From positions 7,006,001 through 7,070,000 of the forward strand of contig OZ059900.1 of assembly GCA_964057225.1 (NCBI GenBank): 64,000 nucleotides of DNA. The letters are read 5' to 3'. The notes beneath the pieces were generated by a model, which saw only the letters and a list, made by a program, of their open reading frames with translations, searched no databases and had not been told where the DNA came from. Source of the stretch: Auanema rhodensis (Eukaryota; Animalia; Nematoda). Positions 59,490-64,000 of the stretch are shown in pieces; the first letter of the stretch is position 1; the number at the start of each line of letters is the position of its first letter. Position numbers and translations under genes: made by a program.

Positions 59490-62400
59490 AATAAAGATTG
59501 ATTGATAAAACAGGGTTAACATATAAAAAAGTGAAAACCTTTTCTCCCTTCTCTCTTAAGGCTATGAATCGTTAGAAGAAATAGGGAAATAAGAACACTT
59601 CAAAGGTTATTCTCGCCGTTATAAAATAGGATGAAATGATAGAACTGTGAGGTCAACGACGACAATGCAACAACCCCGAATGCGGCAAGAAATATTAGAT
59701 TAGCAATGTAAAGATAGGCCGAGATAAATAAATATTCAATGAAGTAGTAGTTACGTCCTTTACTTAGGTTAAACTTAATCAAGCTTCAAGATTTTGATAA
59801 TATAAAAGACAGAAACAGTATAAAAGATTGTTTTCTCTAAATGACGATAAAACAGAAAAAACATAATGATATAGGAAAATTTTCAGGAAATCACATGAAA
59901 CATAATGCATGCAATTTTTATTTAATAAATATTTGCCTGTCTATTCATAATAACGTGTCTACCACCTAGCTTGTCTTATTACTTATGCATGTATCATACT
60001 TCGTGTGTGCTATTCTATATCAACAATCGGTCAGTCAATTCAGGCTTTCAATTGGCTCATTCAATATCAATTGTTTCCGTGTTCACATTAGCTCACTGAT
60101 CGCTATCATCTGATTCATAAAATATTCCTTTTTTTAGTATCAAAAACATATTTCCTGAATGAATGAACTGATAAAATAGTCAAACTACATAAAAATTTAG
60201 TGAGAATAATGTTCTCTGAAATTTGTTACATTAGACTTTTCTATCTCTCTTGATTAATTTCAATTATTTCAATTCTTTGTCTTTCCTTGCCTTGATCTCT
60301 TTCACAAAATCTCTATCTGAACATCTACAAATAACTGGTGCCTGCATATGATATCAGTATATGTTCTCTCTTTGGACATCTCTCTCTTTACCTTTAGTTT
60401 CCACTTCCTCTATTTCTCTTTTTCTTTATCTCTATTGTCCCCGTCTTTCAACCTCTTTCTCTCAATCCTTCTTCCTTTTCCTATCTCTCCCACTCACTCA
60501 CGCTGCGAGAATTTTGCACTCATCTTTTCCCATATTGTAATCTTTGGCGTTTTACGGTTTATTCCCGCTGTATGGGATTCCCTTACCAATGTTATCGAAG
60601 CGTTTACACACCCAATCAAATAACTCTTTACCTATGCTTCTTTGTTTCTCTTCTATCTTCTGTTCCTTTCAACAAATATAGACATATTAGCGTAAATACA
60701 CGTCTACCACACCCACAAAGTCTGAGAAGTTGTGATCGAGGTCGTTGATCTATGTTCAGTAACGTGCACATGTCCATGAAACGTCCTGAATACATTTTCG
60801 ACTTTCAATAGTGAACTGTTACTAGTCACAATAGCAGGTTTGCAAGAATATGACGCTGTGTTTTGCTGTTTGACGCTATTCAATTAGCATAATGAAGTTA
60901 GTTACCTCAAACTTGGTCGTATAGCAAATATAGTTCTCATCGTCATGCACTGTATGTAATCCCTGACCTTGACCAAAGTGTGAACAACAAAAACAACAAC
61001 AATCTTTGGTTCAACATGCCTCACATACATGAAGTGCTTGGCAAAATAAAGCAATTATAGCATTCTTATATGTTATGTGCTACTTTATCCTTTTGTTCTC
61101 ATTGTCTAAGTATCTGTCTTCGTCTCAGCTATGATACTATTTCGAAACTGTTTGGGGAAATAATTTTACACCTAATCTCTCTTAGTTATTTCAACTGTTC
61201 GCACAGAAAAATTTCATACAGCTCAAACATTTAGATAACATATCATGATGGCTATATGTAGAGAATAAGGTTATACATATATTGAGAGAAAACTTTTAAT
61301 TATTTGAAATGATTTACATTTTTATCAAACTTTCTTGTCAGTTTTATTAATATGTTTTCTTCAACAATCACTTACACAATATATCTGTCACTACTACTAA
61401 ATAAACTATACCATGCAAACCAGGAATATCATTGATAATGCAATTAAAGAAGAAATTCAGAAACGAAACAGAAAAATGATAATTAAAAATGAAAATAAGG
61501 AAGATGAGATTTTTGTAGTGTTATGAATTATTAGAATCGCAATTGGAGTACAAATGAACCATCTGGTTCATAATCAACTCATTACAGATTGAAAGAGAGA
61601 ATTACATTCATCATAGATTTTAGATTTTCAATAATCCAATATATGCAGAAAATATTTAGATATAGCTAAAGGAAATTGTATATATCTAATTCATATATTA
61701 TATGCATTATGCTTGCACTACATTAATAAAATCTTAAATATAAATTAATGATATATAGTACTAAATTTATTGAAAACGGAAATGACTATGGAATGATCAA
61801 AAACGAGTATAACACTAAAATTAATTAATTACTCAGCTAAAAAATAGTAAAAAAATGAAATTAAATTAATGAAATAGAATTTTGTTTTGAAAAAAAAAGA
61901 TAATATGAAAGAAAAACTAACTTGAATTTTTTTATAAAACTTAAAACAATACTGAATTAGGAATCAAATCATTAACTTTTGATCTACAGCTCTATGTACA
62001 TATCTTTTTGTATTCAACTCATGATTTAACTTATTAAAATCAAACGCTTGCTATAAAAAAATTTGATGAATCATATAAGAATTTATAAATCAATAGCTAA
62101 ACGAGAAGTTTATTATCATTTTCAGTCAAAATCTAATGAAAAAAGGGTATAAATAAAATATATACTATATGTATCAAGCTAAATGAAAACGTAGCCCAGG
62201 TGATAAAACGATTGATATCATCTGCTTTATATAAAATAATTTCAATCAATTACTTGTACGTAAAAAAAAACGAATTTTGACTTAGATATAGTTCATGTAT
62301 AAGTAGGCAGCGTCAAAAAAACATTTGAATGCATTGGACTATTCAATAATTAATGCAATGAATCAGTTGATTGCTTCACAAATAAAACAGAAAAACGGAT

Positions 62401-64000
62401 CTTTCATGCTCTTCTATCGTTAGGATAAGCGAAAATGACTATGAGAATGGAAAAATAAATCATGAAAAGGGAAAGTATTGGAATAATGACAGTTTGTAGT
62501 TTTTTTGGTTTGAATTCCACATTATAATAATATTCTAAAATTGTTGATCAATAAAATTTTTGAGAGAAATTGAGCTCAGGCTTGCAACATCAGCAATTTA
62601 TCCAAACAAAAAATTATTCTAATTAAATTGCAACTAAACTTGAATTGAATAGCTAATGCCTATTTTAAAATAGTTCAATGAATATAGTCTTCAAAAAAAG
62701 AATATAAAGTGAGAATTCGAAAGGAGGGATTTGAATCACGATTGAGTGAAAGTTTGATCAGATTACAAAAGAGAATGCTCGAAATTTCTCAACATAAGAA
62801 CAAAAAAATGTTTTAAAATACTAAAAAATGATTATTTATTAAATTATGAACATCTTCTGATCAATTTCAAAAAAACAGATACAAAAAAATTTGAAACGCT
62901 TTAGTTTGTAGAAAGTTCGAATAGATAAATGTGATTGTTAATGGTGTAGGCGAGGAAAATGAAATTGACAGCTGCTTATCACGTGCGAACCATACATCAA
63001 ACGACACCAAAGTTAATTCATCTCATTAGAATTGTTCGAAATTAAACAAAATTGAATTAATACGAGAAACTCTGTTCATTCTAGTCTGAGTGAATCCAAA
63101 AGATGTTCGGATAGCAAAAAATTTTTAAACATGACCAATGAAGTCGAAATGAACAAGTGAAGATGTTGGAGAAAAAAATTGATAGAACTGATAAAAGAAA
63201 CCAATATATATGTCAAATATTGAAATAATCTGTTCATATAAACAATATTTTGAAATATTGATTGTTGCGCAAACAAAATTGAAAAGAAGCACAAGTTCTC
63301 ATTATGCTCATGTTTCCATTTTTGTTCAACAGTTTGGAAAATAGAATGCAAAAATAGAAAAAAACTCACGTAAGAAAGATAAATAGAGTCAGAGCAAAAA
63401 GAGATATATGAGAAGAGAGGTCAATTTTGGAGCGAAACTGTTGAATATTCCCCAACTGTCTTGATGTTTTTAATTCACCCGGCAAATGCTTTATATGTCT
63501 CCATGAAAACCTTTGTTCCTTCTTTCATCTATTTTTATCTCTCTATCTCTTTCTCGCACCCTTTAATTGTCCTCTGTCTGTTTCTTTTCCATACAACTCA
63601 CTGTTTTGGTCATGTACTGCAATTCGACAAGACAGCCACTTGAAATCAAATATCTGGAGAAAAAATCAAAAACTCAAGAGAACATGTAACCATCAATAGT
63701 TGATCTAAATCTGTTGACATACGTGTATGTTTAGGTGTCTCTATATATGTAACTAAAATTTTTGAATAGCGTTTTCTATATATTGACCCAGGTACATATA
63801 GGAAGCATATATTTCATTGTTTATCGTGTTCAGTGGCGAAAAAAAAAGAAAATATTACATATATGCGCACCATTCTAATTTTGAAAAGAGGACAGATAGA
63901 GTAGAGATGATCGTGAAATCGATTTGAAGACAAATAGCACATGCAAAAAATGAGAAAAAAACAGATAAATTGAAAGGTACACAACGGCAACGCCTTTTTT

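Noticed and set aside
40337-63643. Nested or upstream genes suggested by ORFs in nhr-40 introns and upstream DNA (e.g. 44179-44550, 53824-54279)
   Set aside because: Composition-driven ORFs from poly-purine, poly-pyrimidine and AT tracts; no recognisable motifs.

Overview
Eukaryotic, AT-rich (roughly 30% GC) genomic DNA from a rhabditid-type nematode, judged from 40-50 bp GT-AG introns, TTTTCAG acceptors and close similarity to Caenorhabditis proteins as I recall them. The ORF track is mostly spurious; the real genes are spliced. I assembled six genes by hand: (1) an unnamed low-complexity Arg/Tyr/Asp-repeat protein with a CCC tail (+, 817-2578); (2) GH18 chitinase cht-1 with two CBM14 domains (+, 4671-7373); (3) SIK-family kinase kin-29 (+, 15112-24257); (4) astacin-EGF-CUB-TSP1 molting protease nas-37 (-, 26018-29016); (5) TMF1-like golgin (-, 30950-33823); (6) nuclear receptor nhr-40 (-, 36614-56778) with a 9.6 kb intron inside the DNA-binding domain and up to three candidate first exons. 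The C. elegans orthologs of cht-1, kin-29, nas-37 and nhr-40 are X-linked as I recall, so this may be Nigon-X sequence. The most unusual non-coding structure is an array of five identical 13-bp motifs (AGGACGATCGAAC) at 28-32 bp spacing between the convergent kin-29 and nas-37 3' ends. Other items: two GC-AG introns, a bantam/miR-80-family-like site downstream of nhr-40, a RORE-like cluster upstream of cht-1 and a possible DBD-less nhr-40 isoform. No tRNA, rRNA, CRISPR array or coding transposon was found. Ortholog names come from remembered sequence similarity, not from a database search.
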